From the IMG/VR virus record IMGVR_UViG_3300035492_000225: a DNA stretch of 64,000 nt; one strand, given 5' to 3'. The notes under the pieces were generated by a model. The model saw only the letters and a list, made by a program, of their open reading frames with translations. It was not told the DNA's origin and ran no database searches. This DNA comes from a virus. The number at the start of each line of letters is the position of its first letter. The first letter of the stretch is position 1. Below, one piece after another: positions 27,446 through 38,163 of the stretch. The position numbers and the translations under genes are program-made.

Positions 27446-28123
27446 TCAGAATGATCCTGGTTCAGGACGTTTACGCAGATGTGCCTCGATATACATCAGA
27501 TGACGGATAACCTGGGCACATACCTGTTCGAATGGTTCCTCGCCATTGACGATCAGATAACGTTCGGGATACTTTTCAGCAAACTCTTTGTACAGTGCTC
27601 GTGATCTGTGATGGAAAGCGAGTTCTGCTGTATCAAAATGGTTTACATTACCTTCGTCGCGAGAAGCTGCGATCCTGGCACGAAATAACTCTGGAGAACC
27701 ATCTATGACGATCGTCAGATCCGGGTAGGTCTTACCGAAACTTAGTTCATGGACTTGGCGGAGTTTTTCAATATCCAGTCCACGTCCAGCACCCTGATAA
27801 CAAAATGTGCTATCACAGAAACGATCGGTGATAACCAGTTCGCCATTCAACAACTTGGGTCGGATAAGATTATTGAGGTGAATTGCGCGAGCTGCCATGA
27901 AGATGTGTGTTTCAGCAACCGGATCAATTGGCTCTACGGACTCAGTCAGGACAATCGAACGTAACGTCTCTGCCAATGGAGTGCCGCCCGGTTCACGTGT
28001 CATTACCGGAGTAATACCCTGAGCAGTGAACCATTCCTCAAGCCATTTCGACAATGTACTCTTACCACTTCCGTCGATACCTTCCAAACAGAGGAAGAAT
28101 CCCTTATGTTTTCCTTGAATCAT
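27446..28123 (-). CDS. tmk: Thymidylate kinase
   Basis: LEGIDGSGKST P-loop, TREPGGT, DRFCDST..YQG.GRG, PDLT. Confidence 0.96.
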   Translation of the reverse strand: MIQGKHKGFFLCLEGIDGSGKSTLSKWLEEWFTAQGITPVMTREPGGTPLAETLRSIVLTESVEPIDPVAETHIFMAARAIHLNNLIRPKLLNGELVITDRFCDSTFCYQGAGRGLDIEKLRQVHELSFGKTYPDLTIVIDGSPELFRARIAASRDEGNVNHFDTAELAFHHRSRALYKEFAEKYPERYLIVNGEEPFEQVCAQVIRHLMYIEAHLRKRPEPGSF

Positions 28124-28145
28124 GGGAACTCCAGGTCAGTTGATT

Positions 28146-28712
28146 CTAGTTAGCCAAGGTCTCGCGTAATCCGCACAGATCCGGCGGAGAGAGGTCCATG
28201 GTGGTGATCAGTCCAGCGTAGTGTTTGATCTTGTCGTAATGAACCACTTCAAACGGGATACCGATGAACTGGTTATACAGAAGCGCTTTCAGACTCTGAC
28301 TATCGACGACATCGTCGACATGGTTTGGATCGATACGGTTGCGTAAGGTGATAGGGATATGGAGAGACCCATCAAATGTGACGCTATCACCACTGATTGC
28401 GTCGACGATCAATCGGACGTGTCCTGGAAGGGCGGGTACGGTTGGGACTGATTCCCAACTCAACGTGGATTCTACCAGTACTTTGTTAACACCCAGATAG
28501 ACGTTATCCATCCACCAGATGAGGAAGTTATCGTTCTCCGGGCTTTCGGGGTCATCTACTTCGACGAATCCCGATGATGTGGAGTCCAGTCGATAGAGTA
28601 CACCGATATCCAGAACCCGGTAAAGATGTTCGTGGTCCAGTTTATTGGACAACCAGGCCAGTTCAAGATGTTCACGACTTTCATAAACAACGACTGGTTT
28701 ATAATTGGACAT
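28146..28712 (-). CDS. Hypothetical protein (188 aa)
   Basis: ORF with AAGGAG RBS. Confidence 0.7.
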   Translation of the reverse strand: MSNYKPVVVYESREHLELAWLSNKLDHEHLYRVLDIGVLYRLDSTSSGFVEVDDPESPENDNFLIWWMDNVYLGVNKVLVESTLSWESVPTVPALPGHVRLIVDAISGDSVTFDGSLHIPITLRNRIDPNHVDDVVDSQSLKALLYNQFIGIPFEVVHYDKIKHYAGLITTMDLSPPDLCGLRETLAN

Positions 28713-28777
28713 TACATTAACTCCTTATTGGTATACAAACGATTGCGTAAAGCGATAAGTTTTTACCTACCGACTCA

Positions 28778-28808
28778 GCATAGAGAGGGCATTAGCCCTC
28801 TCTATGTC
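28778..28808. repeat. CATAGAGAGG-family hairpin
   Basis: gcatagagagggc-atta-gccctctctatg. Confidence 0.9.
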
Positions 28809-28812
28809 GTTA

Positions 28813-29088
28813 TCACTCTACCAGATGATAGAACTTCTTGAACTTGGCCAGCGTCATGCTGGAACTGTGAGCGTCGTCTGGATGATCCTTGTAGATGATC
28901 TGATCCTTCTTCTGCTCCAGAGCGTAGATGTCTTTGGTGACATTGTTACGCACCGTGCGATAACGACCTGGAAGAGGACCATCGAACTGAGTGTCAATCG
29001 GGGTTGGTTCTGGTTTGTGGATAATCTTATCGCCAGTACGGCGTTCGCGATCATTGATCATGGTGCGCAGTTGGTTCAGCGAACTCAT
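28813..29088 (-). CDS. Hypothetical protein
   Basis: ATG 29088 behind AAAGGAAAG. Confidence 0.6.
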   Translation of the reverse strand: MSSLNQLRTMINDRERRTGDKIIHKPEPTPIDTQFDGPLPGRYRTVRNNVTKDIYALEQKKDQIIYKDHPDDAHSSSMTLAKFKKFYHLVE

Positions 29089-29773
29089 TGTCTTTCCTTT
29101 TTTCTTTGTCAACGATTAATTTGAACGGATTGTTTCCGTATTCTGGATTAGGGGTTATTTCCACAGTAGCAACCAAAACGTTGATCTCAGGTAAAGTCAA
29201 TGACAGGTCGGATTGTAACGCCATCCGGATACGTTCATTGTCTTCTTCGTTGATCAACGTGTGTCTATGGTCTGATAACATAACCAATCGGATGACACCT
29301 AGGGTATCGCCTTTAATATCAATTAGATTAGCTACAACTGTGAAAGGAGCATCGACATCCATCAATAGCGTCAATAGATGTTCCTGATGATTGATGACTG
29401 AGAATGACGATGTTGTATAACGGTGAATGACTTTATCTTCCCAGAACATCTCTGGGTTGATACTGAATTTATATTCTTCAAGCAACCTTTTGGAGGGTCG
29501 GCCCACCACACCCATATCTACACTAACTTCATTACCTACGTGCAGAAGACGTTTATCCGTCAGATGCTCAATGAACGCAGGCAAGACATTCTCCGTGAAG
29601 ATGGAGCGTGATCGTCGATCTAACTGACCACAAAACTCAGCCAGTTCTTTACTCAGGTCAATATCGTGTAACGCTACTACAGTAACATGTCGGGGAGTCC
29701 GATCTTTATACGTAAAGGTAAGTATTTCTCCTGCCTTGACATTAATCCTCCCCAGTGTATGTCGATTCAGCAT
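29051..29773 (-). CDS. Hypothetical protein (240 aa)
   Basis: ORF. Confidence 0.7.
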   Translation of the reverse strand: MLNRHTLGRINVKAGEILTFTYKDRTPRHVTVVALHDIDLSKELAEFCGQLDRRSRSIFTENVLPAFIEHLTDKRLLHVGNEVSVDMGVVGRPSKRLLEEYKFSINPEMFWEDKVIHRYTTSSFSVINHQEHLLTLLMDVDAPFTVVANLIDIKGDTLGVIRLVMLSDHRHTLINEEDNERIRMALQSDLSLTLPEINVLVATVEITPNPEYGNNPFKLIVDKEKRKDNEFAEPTAHHDQ

Positions 29774-29838
29774 ACCTGGATCTCCGTTTTACAGGGGGAT
29801 ATCAGTTAGATAATGTATTATCAAATAAAAATGGGTTG

Positions 29839-29878
29839 AGACAGATCACACTTGTCATATAGCAGGTGTGATCTGTCT
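29839..29878 (-). terminator. Long hairpin/terminator
   Basis: agacagatcacacttg-8nt-caggtgtgatctgtct with a nearby U-rich tract. Confidence 0.7.
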
Positions 29879-29886
29879 TTATTTAC

Positions 29887-31260
29887 TTAACCCACATCGT
29901 CCATGAACATCTGGTACGTGGGTGTCAATCTGTCCACTGCGACAATAACCTCGGCAGATTGTTGCATGAGAGTTTGCTGAGGTCCTTGCCCCACCTGCGA
30001 TGCGTACGCATGCACATGGATCACGGTACCGTTAATCGTACGCGGTACATTGTTTTCCAGATAGATGACCTCACATTGCAAACCAGGTGTCAATAAATCA
30101 TGGTCACAATTCTCCCACACCATCACGATATAAGCGGTACTCCGTTCCACTAACTTAGATGCTTCATGAAACGCATTGGTCTGAGATAGATTCTCATTAA
30201 CACGGCTCATAGACGCACCACGTCGTCGTACACCTGTGTACTCGTTAACGTTATTGGAACGCTTGGCAATGGCTTTATTACCACCTGTCTCAACAAACCC
30301 ATCCATCAATGAAGCTGGGTCAGCAAAGCGAACACCGTTACCTTCATTCAACAACCTGACCTCACTACCATCTATACGATTGACACCACCTGTAACGAAG
30401 ACAGTGAGATGTTCATCGACCAGACGATACGTTTTATCTACACCCATGAAACGCTTACCTGGAGCTATGATAAACGACGCTGTCTTGTTGGCAGTGTCGA
30501 AGCGTTTGGTGTTGTAGAGCGACCAGATATAGAATACATCGCGTTGTAAATAGAACCCGATCCCTGTGTTGTAGATACCACCAAACTGGGATTGAAGTTT
30601 ATCTGCAACCTGGATGAGAGGTGTTCCATGAGGGATAATGATGTTGTTGCGACTTGCATTGTTGTCAGGCGCTGTTGCTACGATACCTGATACACGGTAT
30701 TCATCTTCCACATCGAGGGCATTGATACTGGATTGAACGATGCTCATCAGTACATCAAATGGTCTAGAATTGCGGAATGAACCACCCACCATCTCAGTCC
30801 TTAAGATAGCACCAGCCACCGTCTGTAACTGTACTGTTACTTTACGTATACCGACAAGGTTAGAGACTTCGCGATTGACAAGATCAGGTCTTGCGGCCAG
30901 AGTAGATTCTTCTGACTCCAACATAATCGATGCATCGAAGGTGGCTTCGATGATCTCATCGATGATCGGCTGACCAGTGGCTGTGATGGGTGTCCTTGTC
31001 AACGTCAGGCGAAGATTCTCTTTAAACGGGACGATGAGGGTGTTGTAATCACCCCACTGCATAGCCATCTCGACCATGATAGTATCCATCGCCGCTTTCT
31101 GATAATCACGCTTCCATTCGACACTGACCACCTTCATCACATCCACTTCACCATTCTCAGTGACAAATACAGCACTATAGGTGTAATACTTGGGTTGACG
31201 AGATTCGCTAATTAATCGATACTCATCAGCCAGTGTGCTTTTCAAGAAGTCCATGACCAT
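29887..31260 (-). CDS. Putative virion structural (baseplate/hub-like) protein, phiKZ gp101-like position
   Basis: 457-aa ORF ending the structural block; orthology inferred from recalled gene order. Confidence 0.55.
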   Translation of the reverse strand: MVMDFLKSTLADEYRLISESRQPKYYTYSAVFVTENGEVDVMKVVSVEWKRDYQKAAMDTIMVEMAMQWGDYNTLIVPFKENLRLTLTRTPITATGQPIIDEIIEATFDASIMLESEESTLAARPDLVNREVSNLVGIRKVTVQLQTVAGAILRTEMVGGSFRNSRPFDVLMSIVQSSINALDVEDEYRVSGIVATAPDNNASRNNIIIPHGTPLIQVADKLQSQFGGIYNTGIGFYLQRDVFYIWSLYNTKRFDTANKTASFIIAPGKRFMGVDKTYRLVDEHLTVFVTGGVNRIDGSEVRLLNEGNGVRFADPASLMDGFVETGGNKAIAKRSNNVNEYTGVRRRGASMSRVNENLSQTNAFHEASKLVERSTAYIVMVWENCDHDLLTPGLQCEVIYLENNVPRTINGTVIHVHAYASQVGQGPQQTLMQQSAEVIVAVDRLTPTYQMFMDDVG

Positions 31261-31269
31261 GCCCCTGTA

Positions 31270-31845
31270 TTATTTACTACCGTGTCTGTCAGCCAAGAGC
31301 TTCTCAAGCCGATCCACTAGACCACCGGTATTCTGCACGGTAGAACCCACACCTGTTGCATGCATAAGCTTCTCAGCTTCTTGTACGTTCGCACCGAAGA
31401 AGGAGTTGATGAACGTGAGTTTGGGTACATCTTGTACCCGTGGTTTATACCCGATCACGATTGACTTGATACTCTCTGCAAACTCGGCCATCAACGCTAG
31501 TGATTCTAACGGTGCATTTTTCACGTTAGGATCGTTTTGAACATACCCAACCCAGTTGTTCAAATGTGCTGTGAGAACCTCGTAAATCTCAACGAGATCA
31601 GTTTGTTTCTGGAACTTGATCTCAGCACCATTACTGTACAGACGAACGATGTCAGCAATGGTACCACCAATATTCACATACTCGTTCATCAGGTTAGCGT
31701 CTATTTGCCGATTATCCGATGACAGGTGACCTACCTTCTGGTTATACTCCTTAGAATACCGATGGTACGCAGGAATAGCATAGAGGTAAGTGTAGTTGAA
31801 AATATGGTGGTTGATTGTAGTTGGTTTAGTGTCTGGTAAAGGCAT
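31270..31845 (-). CDS. Conserved jumbo-phage hypothetical protein (191 aa)
   Basis: ORF in the structural block. Confidence 0.7.
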   Translation of the reverse strand: MPLPDTKPTTINHHIFNYTYLYAIPAYHRYSKEYNQKVGHLSSDNRQIDANLMNEYVNIGGTIADIVRLYSNGAEIKFQKQTDLVEIYEVLTAHLNNWVGYVQNDPNVKNAPLESLALMAEFAESIKSIVIGYKPRVQDVPKLTFINSFFGANVQEAEKLMHATGVGSTVQNTGGLVDRLEKLLADRHGSK

Positions 31846-31850
31846 GATAC

Positions 31851-33245
31851 TTACATCCTTCGTCGATATACCTTAAGGAGAGTCAACAGGATAGGGGTGT
31901 AGAAGAACCGTTCCACGTTATCCCATTTACGAGATCCGGTACAAAGTTCATCAAGCACCAGCAGATCAATCGGATCACCTTTCAAAGCAGCCATGGTGAG
32001 TGCTTCCAGCTTAGTCAGTCGTTTCGACTGATCATGGCGATAGAAATTCTCACTAAGCACGTAGTAATCATCATAGGTAACTCGATGAATCTGAGAAACG
32101 TTATTCGGATCCGCTGCTTCATAGATCTCCATTGTAGGATCCATAGACAGTTGATTCGACATTAAACGATCCAATTCATTGAAGCGAGCAGAGCCACGGA
32201 CGATGGCGGTGAGGTCCGGATTGATTGGGTTGTGATAACCAGCATCAACATGAGTCGCTGCCATATCTGGGTAAACGACTCGTTGGATCCCACTGTAGTA
32301 AATACTGTTCAGTGTTGGACTACCATTGAAGAACTGTTTACTACTGACCAATCCTGCATTGTAGACACACATCCCCAACATATCGAAATCCATCTCACTC
32401 AGACAATTCCAGAGTGTAAACTCATACATAGCCTGATCACCCACCACGTTATACTCGGTCATTTGCCGAATATAGGGATGGTCTTCTGAATTAAGGATGG
32501 TTTTGATGTACTTCACCAAAAAGGGGTCGTATGTTACCTCTTTCTGATTGGGTACTAATAGGGTTCTGTAGTCACGTGAGAAAAAGTCGTGGAAATACAG
32601 ACTGATCAAACGAGAGTAATGTTCACGCATATTGTTGATCAATTGAGTGGTCTCAACCGTCAACATAGGGTTATCGCCCGTCTCCAGGAAGTCCTTGTGG
32701 AAAACAACCTTCTCCACTGTCTTTCTGGCTAAATCCTCACGGATCTCCTTGGTCGAATACCCGATTAACGCATATTCGATCTCATGTACGGTGGACATGC
32801 GATGAGTCATTCGATTGGTACTGGTCACAGTGAAGATACCTTCACGACCATCCCCGATGTCAGCGAGGAAACAATCGTTCTCCTTGGGTATCAGTACCCC
32901 GTACACCGTGGCATTGCCGCGCAGAGACATATCCTTGGTTTCTGCGTTCTGTGATGGTGTCAATGGGGAGGTGACTTTGAGTTCCATCCCCATGATCTGT
33001 TTATATTGCTGATAGACCGCGTGCGAAGTCAGTTCATACGGACGTGGGTCATCATCTCGACCAATGACACGGGAGAAATAATCCACTGACCAGCTGGCGC
33101 CAGCAATATACTGGGTCAATTGGTCAAATCGAACCATGGTGGTGTCGACTGTCGCACTGACGAAATTTTCAGACTGTGACTTGGCGGGTGCTGGTGGTGC
33201 ACTGGGCGCAAAATTGTCGACGTTCTCGACCTTTGGAACTGGCAT
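31851..33245 (-). CDS. Putative virion structural protein (464 aa)
   Basis: CFLADIGDGREGIF..T....HEIEY pattern typical of phiKZ-like structural proteins (recalled). Confidence 0.6.
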   Translation of the reverse strand: MPVPKVENVDNFAPSAPPAPAKSQSENFVSATVDTTMVRFDQLTQYIAGASWSVDYFSRVIGRDDDPRPYELTSHAVYQQYKQIMGMELKVTSPLTPSQNAETKDMSLRGNATVYGVLIPKENDCFLADIGDGREGIFTVTSTNRMTHRMSTVHEIEYALIGYSTKEIREDLARKTVEKVVFHKDFLETGDNPMLTVETTQLINNMREHYSRLISLYFHDFFSRDYRTLLVPNQKEVTYDPFLVKYIKTILNSEDHPYIRQMTEYNVVGDQAMYEFTLWNCLSEMDFDMLGMCVYNAGLVSSKQFFNGSPTLNSIYYSGIQRVVYPDMAATHVDAGYHNPINPDLTAIVRGSARFNELDRLMSNQLSMDPTMEIYEAADPNNVSQIHRVTYDDYYVLSENFYRHDQSKRLTKLEALTMAALKGDPIDLLVLDELCTGSRKWDNVERFFYTPILLTLLKVYRRRM

Positions 33246-33247
33246 GT

Positions 33248-34876
33248 CTACACCTCGTTACGTGAACCGGCGATGATAGTGAGGTATTGGACATACGGAT
33301 GATCCATCGCGCGATGGAAATCACTGTCGTTGTCAAACCAGCTATCTTCTTCGAATTGATCGTTGTTCAACCCAGATCCGGGTAGTTTAGCGTTACCAAT
33401 ACGTTGATGGTACAACATACTGAAGAATTTCTTGATGAAGGTGATGGAGAGTCGACCTTCTGAATCAAGGTACTCACTAGCGGCGTGCTCCACATCCAGT
33501 CTATTGACCACAGTCTGGAATAAGTAGAGTGCGACTACACCGTTAAGGTGCAAGTCGTTCAATGCTGCGTCAGTATACCTGGCGATGTTAGTGCAGAAAC
33601 TCAACCTGATGTGATAGGTCTTACGTAAATCAACGGGTTGCTTGGTTCTGATTTCGAAAGCTCGTTCCGTTGGAATGAACTCCAGAGCACCATCTTCAAC
33701 AGGTTCATCATTGCGAAACAACCCAATGTGAAGCGCACACCGACCGAGTGACAACATATTCGGGCCATTCTGCTTCATATACGTCAGGACGTCCGCTAGG
33801 AAGCCCGTATCGAGGATATCTTCCTCTCCGAGGGCCAATGCACGGTCTTCGGGACTAAACGCCACCAGCCACGTTATAAGCGACGTGGTGTAGGGTAATA
33901 CGTTAGCCGGTATCCATTCGTCGTAGTCTGGAATGTGGAGACCACCCAGAGGACTCTGAGCTACCCTGGCAGCATAATCGAAATGATCCAGTGCAAACCG
34001 ATAGGAACTCTTATACGTCGGCAACTGCAACGGGTCTTCAATCTTCGGTTTAACAGTCAGGAAGTCAGGGGAGAGAAGCTGGTTGTGAATCACTTGTGGG
34101 TAGACCACATTGAATTCGACTGGCTTCATGTAACTGAACTGATAGTTAAACTGAATCAGGTAACTGGGACCATCTTCGTTCTTTTCTTCTTCCGGTGGGA
34201 TATCGAAATCAAACCACCCCTGAATCCCAAGTTGCTTCTCTGCTACGACTAGCAGGGTGTTGTCGATATCACCCGCCTGATTGGAAAGCAGACCAGCTCG
34301 CTTGGTGTAGAACCGTTTCAGATATTCGCCTAATGTATCGCCATACCCAGCTACATTCTCACGAAGAGAATGAATGTGCATCAGTAGTCGCGAACAGAAT
34401 ACCGGAATCGGTAGATGGTACTCGGCTTCATGGAGATGTGACTGACGGTTATCTGCCATCCGTACTTTGACATCGTCTCGCCAGGCCAGGGCTTCTTGTT
34501 TACTCTTGGCACGGTAGACAAAGTTCAACTCCATATTGGTGTTGCTGTAGATCGGTTTGATCAGGACACCTGTATTGAGGTCATGGAACACGGGCTGGGC
34601 ATACGGGTGTCTTACTTCAGAGTTGATAATCTCCGAATCGACATAGGTCTCACGAAACGATACAATGACGCGTCCGTCATGTTCGAACCGGTTTACTAAT
34701 TCGGTGTCGGTGATTTCAGATCCAGGTTGTACAGCTTTCTGGTTCTCACCACGGATCTCTACACGAGCCCGCTTATCCATAGATGAAATATCGATTACTT
34801 TGTCGATGATCGATTTGGCAACTCGGCGACTAATCGCATCCTGGGTATGTGGGATGGGAATCAAAAGGTTGGGCAT
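33248..34876 (-). CDS. Putative virion structural protein
   Basis: Large ORF; start moved to MPNLLIPIP because the ORF-track extension crosses a terminator. Confidence 0.6.
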   Translation of the reverse strand: MPNLLIPIPHTQDAISRRVAKSIIDKVIDISSMDKRARVEIRGENQKAVQPGSEITDTELVNRFEHDGRVIVSFRETYVDSEIINSEVRHPYAQPVFHDLNTGVLIKPIYSNTNMELNFVYRAKSKQEALAWRDDVKVRMADNRQSHLHEAEYHLPIPVFCSRLLMHIHSLRENVAGYGDTLGEYLKRFYTKRAGLLSNQAGDIDNTLLVVAEKQLGIQGWFDFDIPPEEEKNEDGPSYLIQFNYQFSYMKPVEFNVVYPQVIHNQLLSPDFLTVKPKIEDPLQLPTYKSSYRFALDHFDYAARVAQSPLGGLHIPDYDEWIPANVLPYTTSLITWLVAFSPEDRALALGEEDILDTGFLADVLTYMKQNGPNMLSLGRCALHIGLFRNDEPVEDGALEFIPTERAFEIRTKQPVDLRKTYHIRLSFCTNIARYTDAALNDLHLNGVVALYLFQTVVNRLDVEHAASEYLDSEGRLSITFIKKFFSMLYHQRIGNAKLPGSGLNNDQFEEDSWFDNDSDFHRAMDHPYVQYLTIIAGSRNEV

Positions 34877-34921
34877 TGTCAACACCACTTGGAGAGTTTG
34901 GTCATAAAATCCGTAGTAATA

Positions 34922-34975
34922 CAAAAGAAAAGAAAAAAAAAGAAAGGGATGAGCAGGGGACATCCCCTGCTCATC
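34922..34975 (-). terminator. Intrinsic terminator
   Basis: gatgagcagggga-ca-tcccctgctcatc followed by a long U-rich tract on the minus strand. Confidence 0.85.
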
Positions 34976-34981
34976 AGATTG

Positions 34982-35242
34982 TTACTTATGACCCATGTGC
35001 GCCGCAATGGCGATCATGATCTCTTTACATTGGCTAGTGTTGAGAAGATCACTAACCTTCTCATAAATAAATTTACCATCTTCGGCTACATGACGCATGT
35101 AGCCGTTGTTGATAATATCTTTTATAGCGACAGAGTCGCTATACGAGGAGTCGTAACGGGCCAGCCGCCAGTGGATACTGGAAGCGTTCTCATTACGGAT
35201 AAAAAACTTACCAGATGCATCGTGGGTAACTTGCTTGGTCAT
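34982..35242 (-). CDS. Small hypothetical protein (86 aa), own transcription unit
   Basis: AGGAG RBS; flanked by the promoter cassette and a terminator. Confidence 0.75.
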   Translation of the reverse strand: MTKQVTHDASGKFFIRNENASSIHWRLARYDSSYSDSVAIKDIINNGYMRHVAEDGKFIYEKVSDLLNTSQCKEIMIAIAAHMGHK

Positions 35243-35285
35243 AATTTAGTTCTCCTATAGAACTTAAAGGTTAAAGGAAGATAGC

Positions 35286-35378
35286 TCTTCCTATTCACTC
35301 GTACTATGTATTGTTGAAATAGTTTCGAATAGACTTTCCAGTCGACATAGAGAGGAGGGATGGTCCCTCCTCTCTATG
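35286..35378 (-). promoter_or_regulatory. Hairpin plus promoter cassette, copy A (motif at 35306-35330, palindrome at 35346-35378)
   Basis: Near-identical to 56108..56198. Confidence 0.8.
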
Positions 35379-35381
35379 CTG

Positions 35382-36788
35382 TCAGCGGTTGATCTTGGCG
35401 TAAGCCTTACCGTTCTCTTCCACCACGAAGAGCAGGGCATCCATCAGACGATACGCAGGCATCTGCATATTGACTGTCTCATAGTAGGCGGCATCCAGGA
35501 AACGGAACATGGCCGTTGCACTGATATCGATAGCTCGCCAGAGCTCTTGGCTGATGTGCGGGAACGAGAGGCTGTTGACCATGGTCACCAGACGATCCCA
35601 GGTCATGCTGGCTTCACGCCATGCACCGTAGAGCTCATTCCAGTAGCTATCATCCTGCACAGGGGCGCTTTCGAACAAATCACTGCATTCATCCAGCAGA
35701 CGATGAAGTGTTTCCAGCTCCAATGCCTGAGAACTGTAGTTGATGCCTTGACGCAGAGAGAACTTCAGGTAGTTGGGAGACATGACGTCCACCAGCTCCA
35801 TGATCCATGCTACGTCACGGTAACGACTATGATAACCCTTGCTACCATCAAAGTAGGTTACACCGCCGACTTCCTTCTCGAACTTGATCAGTGACGGAGT
35901 CAGCCAGGGAGTAGAGACTTCCTTGTACATGGCCTTGAGTTTCTGTTCCATGTCGACTTCATTACGCATGACCATGATACTGGCCAGGTTATCGGCAATC
36001 ACCGTGGAACGTTTGATGGCATCTTCCACCAATTTGTACGACGGGTTGAATTGTTCGATGACCTGTTTGACAGCTGCTTTGAGAGGAGCTTCTTCAAACG
36101 AGACGATACCCTTGTCAAAACCAAGACCAGCAATGCCCTTTGGAGGATAGCGTACCATACCAGCCGGGATGCCGTATTCTGCCGGCATGCTATTCAGTCG
36201 CTCACGCGCTGACTGAATGCGTTTCTGCAGACTGGCTTTGTATACCGAACCACGACGGAAGAACATTACCATGTTATCGTACTTCTCTTTGATGAAGTTA
36301 CGAATCTTGGTCAGGATCTTCTTGATGAAATCACCCAGGCTTTCCAGAGAGACAGTGGTGAACTTACCATCCTCGGCGACCAGTTCAGGAGCGTCTTCAT
36401 CGACCAGTCTGGCCACCTGGCGTACAGTCTCATTGGCCAGTGTGGTGGTGGTATTATCCACGTCTTCCATGGATGTCAGCAGACGCAGGGATTCCATGGA
36501 GGTGGTGGCGGCACTGATAGTATCGCGCATCAGTGTCATTTCTTTTTCCAGGCGCTGGTGCTCACCTTCATGGGCTTCCAGGTATGCCTGCATTTGTTCA
36601 CGCAGTTCTTCATCATCAGCTTCATGTTGATTGATAGCGGTGATGATTTCATCTTTGTCGGCATTGGGGTCGACCGCCTCGAAGGCTTCAACAGGACCCA
36701 ACCCTGCTACCAGGATGTCACGCTGTTCATTCAATGATTTCAGATCTTCGAGAGATTCCTGAAATACAGATTGGAGTAGTGTGTTCAT
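35382..36788 (-). CDS. Putative internal head protein (phiKZ gp93-97-like family)
   Basis: Acidic N-terminal region with SLE/SME motifs (SLED, SMES, SMED, SLES). Confidence 0.7.
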   Translation of the reverse strand: MNTLLQSVFQESLEDLKSLNEQRDILVAGLGPVEAFEAVDPNADKDEIITAINQHEADDEELREQMQAYLEAHEGEHQRLEKEMTLMRDTISAATTSMESLRLLTSMEDVDNTTTTLANETVRQVARLVDEDAPELVAEDGKFTTVSLESLGDFIKKILTKIRNFIKEKYDNMVMFFRRGSVYKASLQKRIQSARERLNSMPAEYGIPAGMVRYPPKGIAGLGFDKGIVSFEEAPLKAAVKQVIEQFNPSYKLVEDAIKRSTVIADNLASIMVMRNEVDMEQKLKAMYKEVSTPWLTPSLIKFEKEVGGVTYFDGSKGYHSRYRDVAWIMELVDVMSPNYLKFSLRQGINYSSQALELETLHRLLDECSDLFESAPVQDDSYWNELYGAWREASMTWDRLVTMVNSLSFPHISQELWRAIDISATAMFRFLDAAYYETVNMQMPAYRLMDALLFVVEENGKAYAKINR

Positions 36789-36803
36789 TTTATCAGTTCC
36801 AAC

Positions 36804-38045
36804 TCAGACGTTAAGGGATTTTCGACCATAAGTCAAAAGATTGCGGGAGATCACCAACATGTTACTGGTCATAGTGTCAATTGGACCATATGACCAGCTG
36901 GCGTAACTGCGTGCAAAGCGCAATACACTTTCATCGTAGGTACTCTGACCATCAGAGCTGGAACGATAACGATCAGCGCTCTTCAACAATGACTTGACTT
37001 GCATCTCGATACGATTGATTGGCATCGAAGATTCCTGCTTGTCAATCAGATCCAGGATGTCGATGACCTTCCTAGCAATGGTCTGGACTTGAAGACCACC
37101 AGCAGTGTTGACCACAGCATTGTTGATTTGATTGACACTGTTGTTGGTCAACGCAAAACGAATACCGGTGGTACGTAATGCTGCTGCGTAGACCAGAGGA
37201 TCGGTCTCGATCTTGGCCTGCATATCGGGTTCCAGCATCAGGAAATACAAGTTCCATCCACCCAGCAGTGGTGGAGCTGCCATGGTCATGCGACGACCAA
37301 ATCGTGAATCGCGATAGACCACAGCACGGGTCTTACTGGCAATCTCAGCGACGGGTAATTTGTCAAAGATCTTACAGGTATCAATCAGAGTTTGAGTACC
37401 ACCTGAGTTCTTATTCAGCACCTGTTCGAACTGTTTACCGATATCGAGCATCCGTGGGATGTATAGATCGGTCAGGGCCTTATACTGATCGAGCATACTC
37501 GAGATAGCCCTGGCGATACTGTCTGGATCGGTGAGTAGACGACCACCCTGATAGAAAGAACGTGCTTCTGCACCAAGTTCCAAGTGAGGTGTCTTGGGAT
37601 TCACCATACCGCGTGCAGAAGCTCTCTTCAGTAATGATTCGGCACCATGACGCAGTACTGCCCGGTAACTGAACATCCGTGAGAAGAAGTTACGGATATA
37701 TTTCATCACGTTAATGATTGCCGCTACCAGTCTTTTCCAAAGATCATTAAGACGCGTGGTCAGTGATTCGGTAGATACTGTACCTTGACTGAACCCTTCC
37801 AAACTAGGAACGATGTCAGTGGCAGTGAAACCACTACCAGCACTCAGGTTCTCAAGACTCATCACCAGACTATGGTGGTGTGCTTGGTCGACGATACCGT
37901 GTTGATCAAGATGGTTCTTAATTGCTTCCAATGAGTCAGTGACAGACAACAACCCTTCCAGTTCAGCTTTAGCCGATTCCATGGATTGCGTTGCCTCAAG
38001 AACGTCGACATACTGCCGTAGTTCCTCAGTATATTCGTCTTGCAT
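36804..38045 (-). CDS. Putative internal head protein paralogue
   Basis: SMES, SLEN, SLEG, STES motifs followed by an amphipathic LWKRLVAAI helix. Confidence 0.7.
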   Translation of the reverse strand: MQDEYTEELRQYVDVLEATQSMESAKAELEGLLSVTDSLEAIKNHLDQHGIVDQAHHHSLVMSLENLSAGSGFTATDIVPSLEGFSQGTVSTESLTTRLNDLWKRLVAAIINVMKYIRNFFSRMFSYRAVLRHGAESLLKRASARGMVNPKTPHLELGAEARSFYQGGRLLTDPDSIARAISSMLDQYKALTDLYIPRMLDIGKQFEQVLNKNSGGTQTLIDTCKIFDKLPVAEIASKTRAVVYRDSRFGRRMTMAAPPLLGGWNLYFLMLEPDMQAKIETDPLVYAAALRTTGIRFALTNNSVNQINNAVVNTAGGLQVQTIARKVIDILDLIDKQESSMPINRIEMQVKSLLKSADRYRSSSDGQSTYDESVLRFARSYASWSYGPIDTMTSNMLVISRNLLTYGRKSLNV

Positions 38046-38114
38046 AGCAGGTATGCTCTTGTTGGGAAATGGGTTGGTAATTACATACCATTCCGTGCTG
38101 ACGGAATAAATGAA

Positions 38115-38142
38115 ACTACAGGGGCCCGAAGGCCCCTGTAGT
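38115..38142 (-). terminator. Hairpin with UUCG loop
   Basis: actacaggggcc-(ttcg on minus)-ggcccctgtagt after a strongly biased gene. Confidence 0.8.
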
Positions 38143-38163
38143 CAGACCGGCGAAAGTACTGGA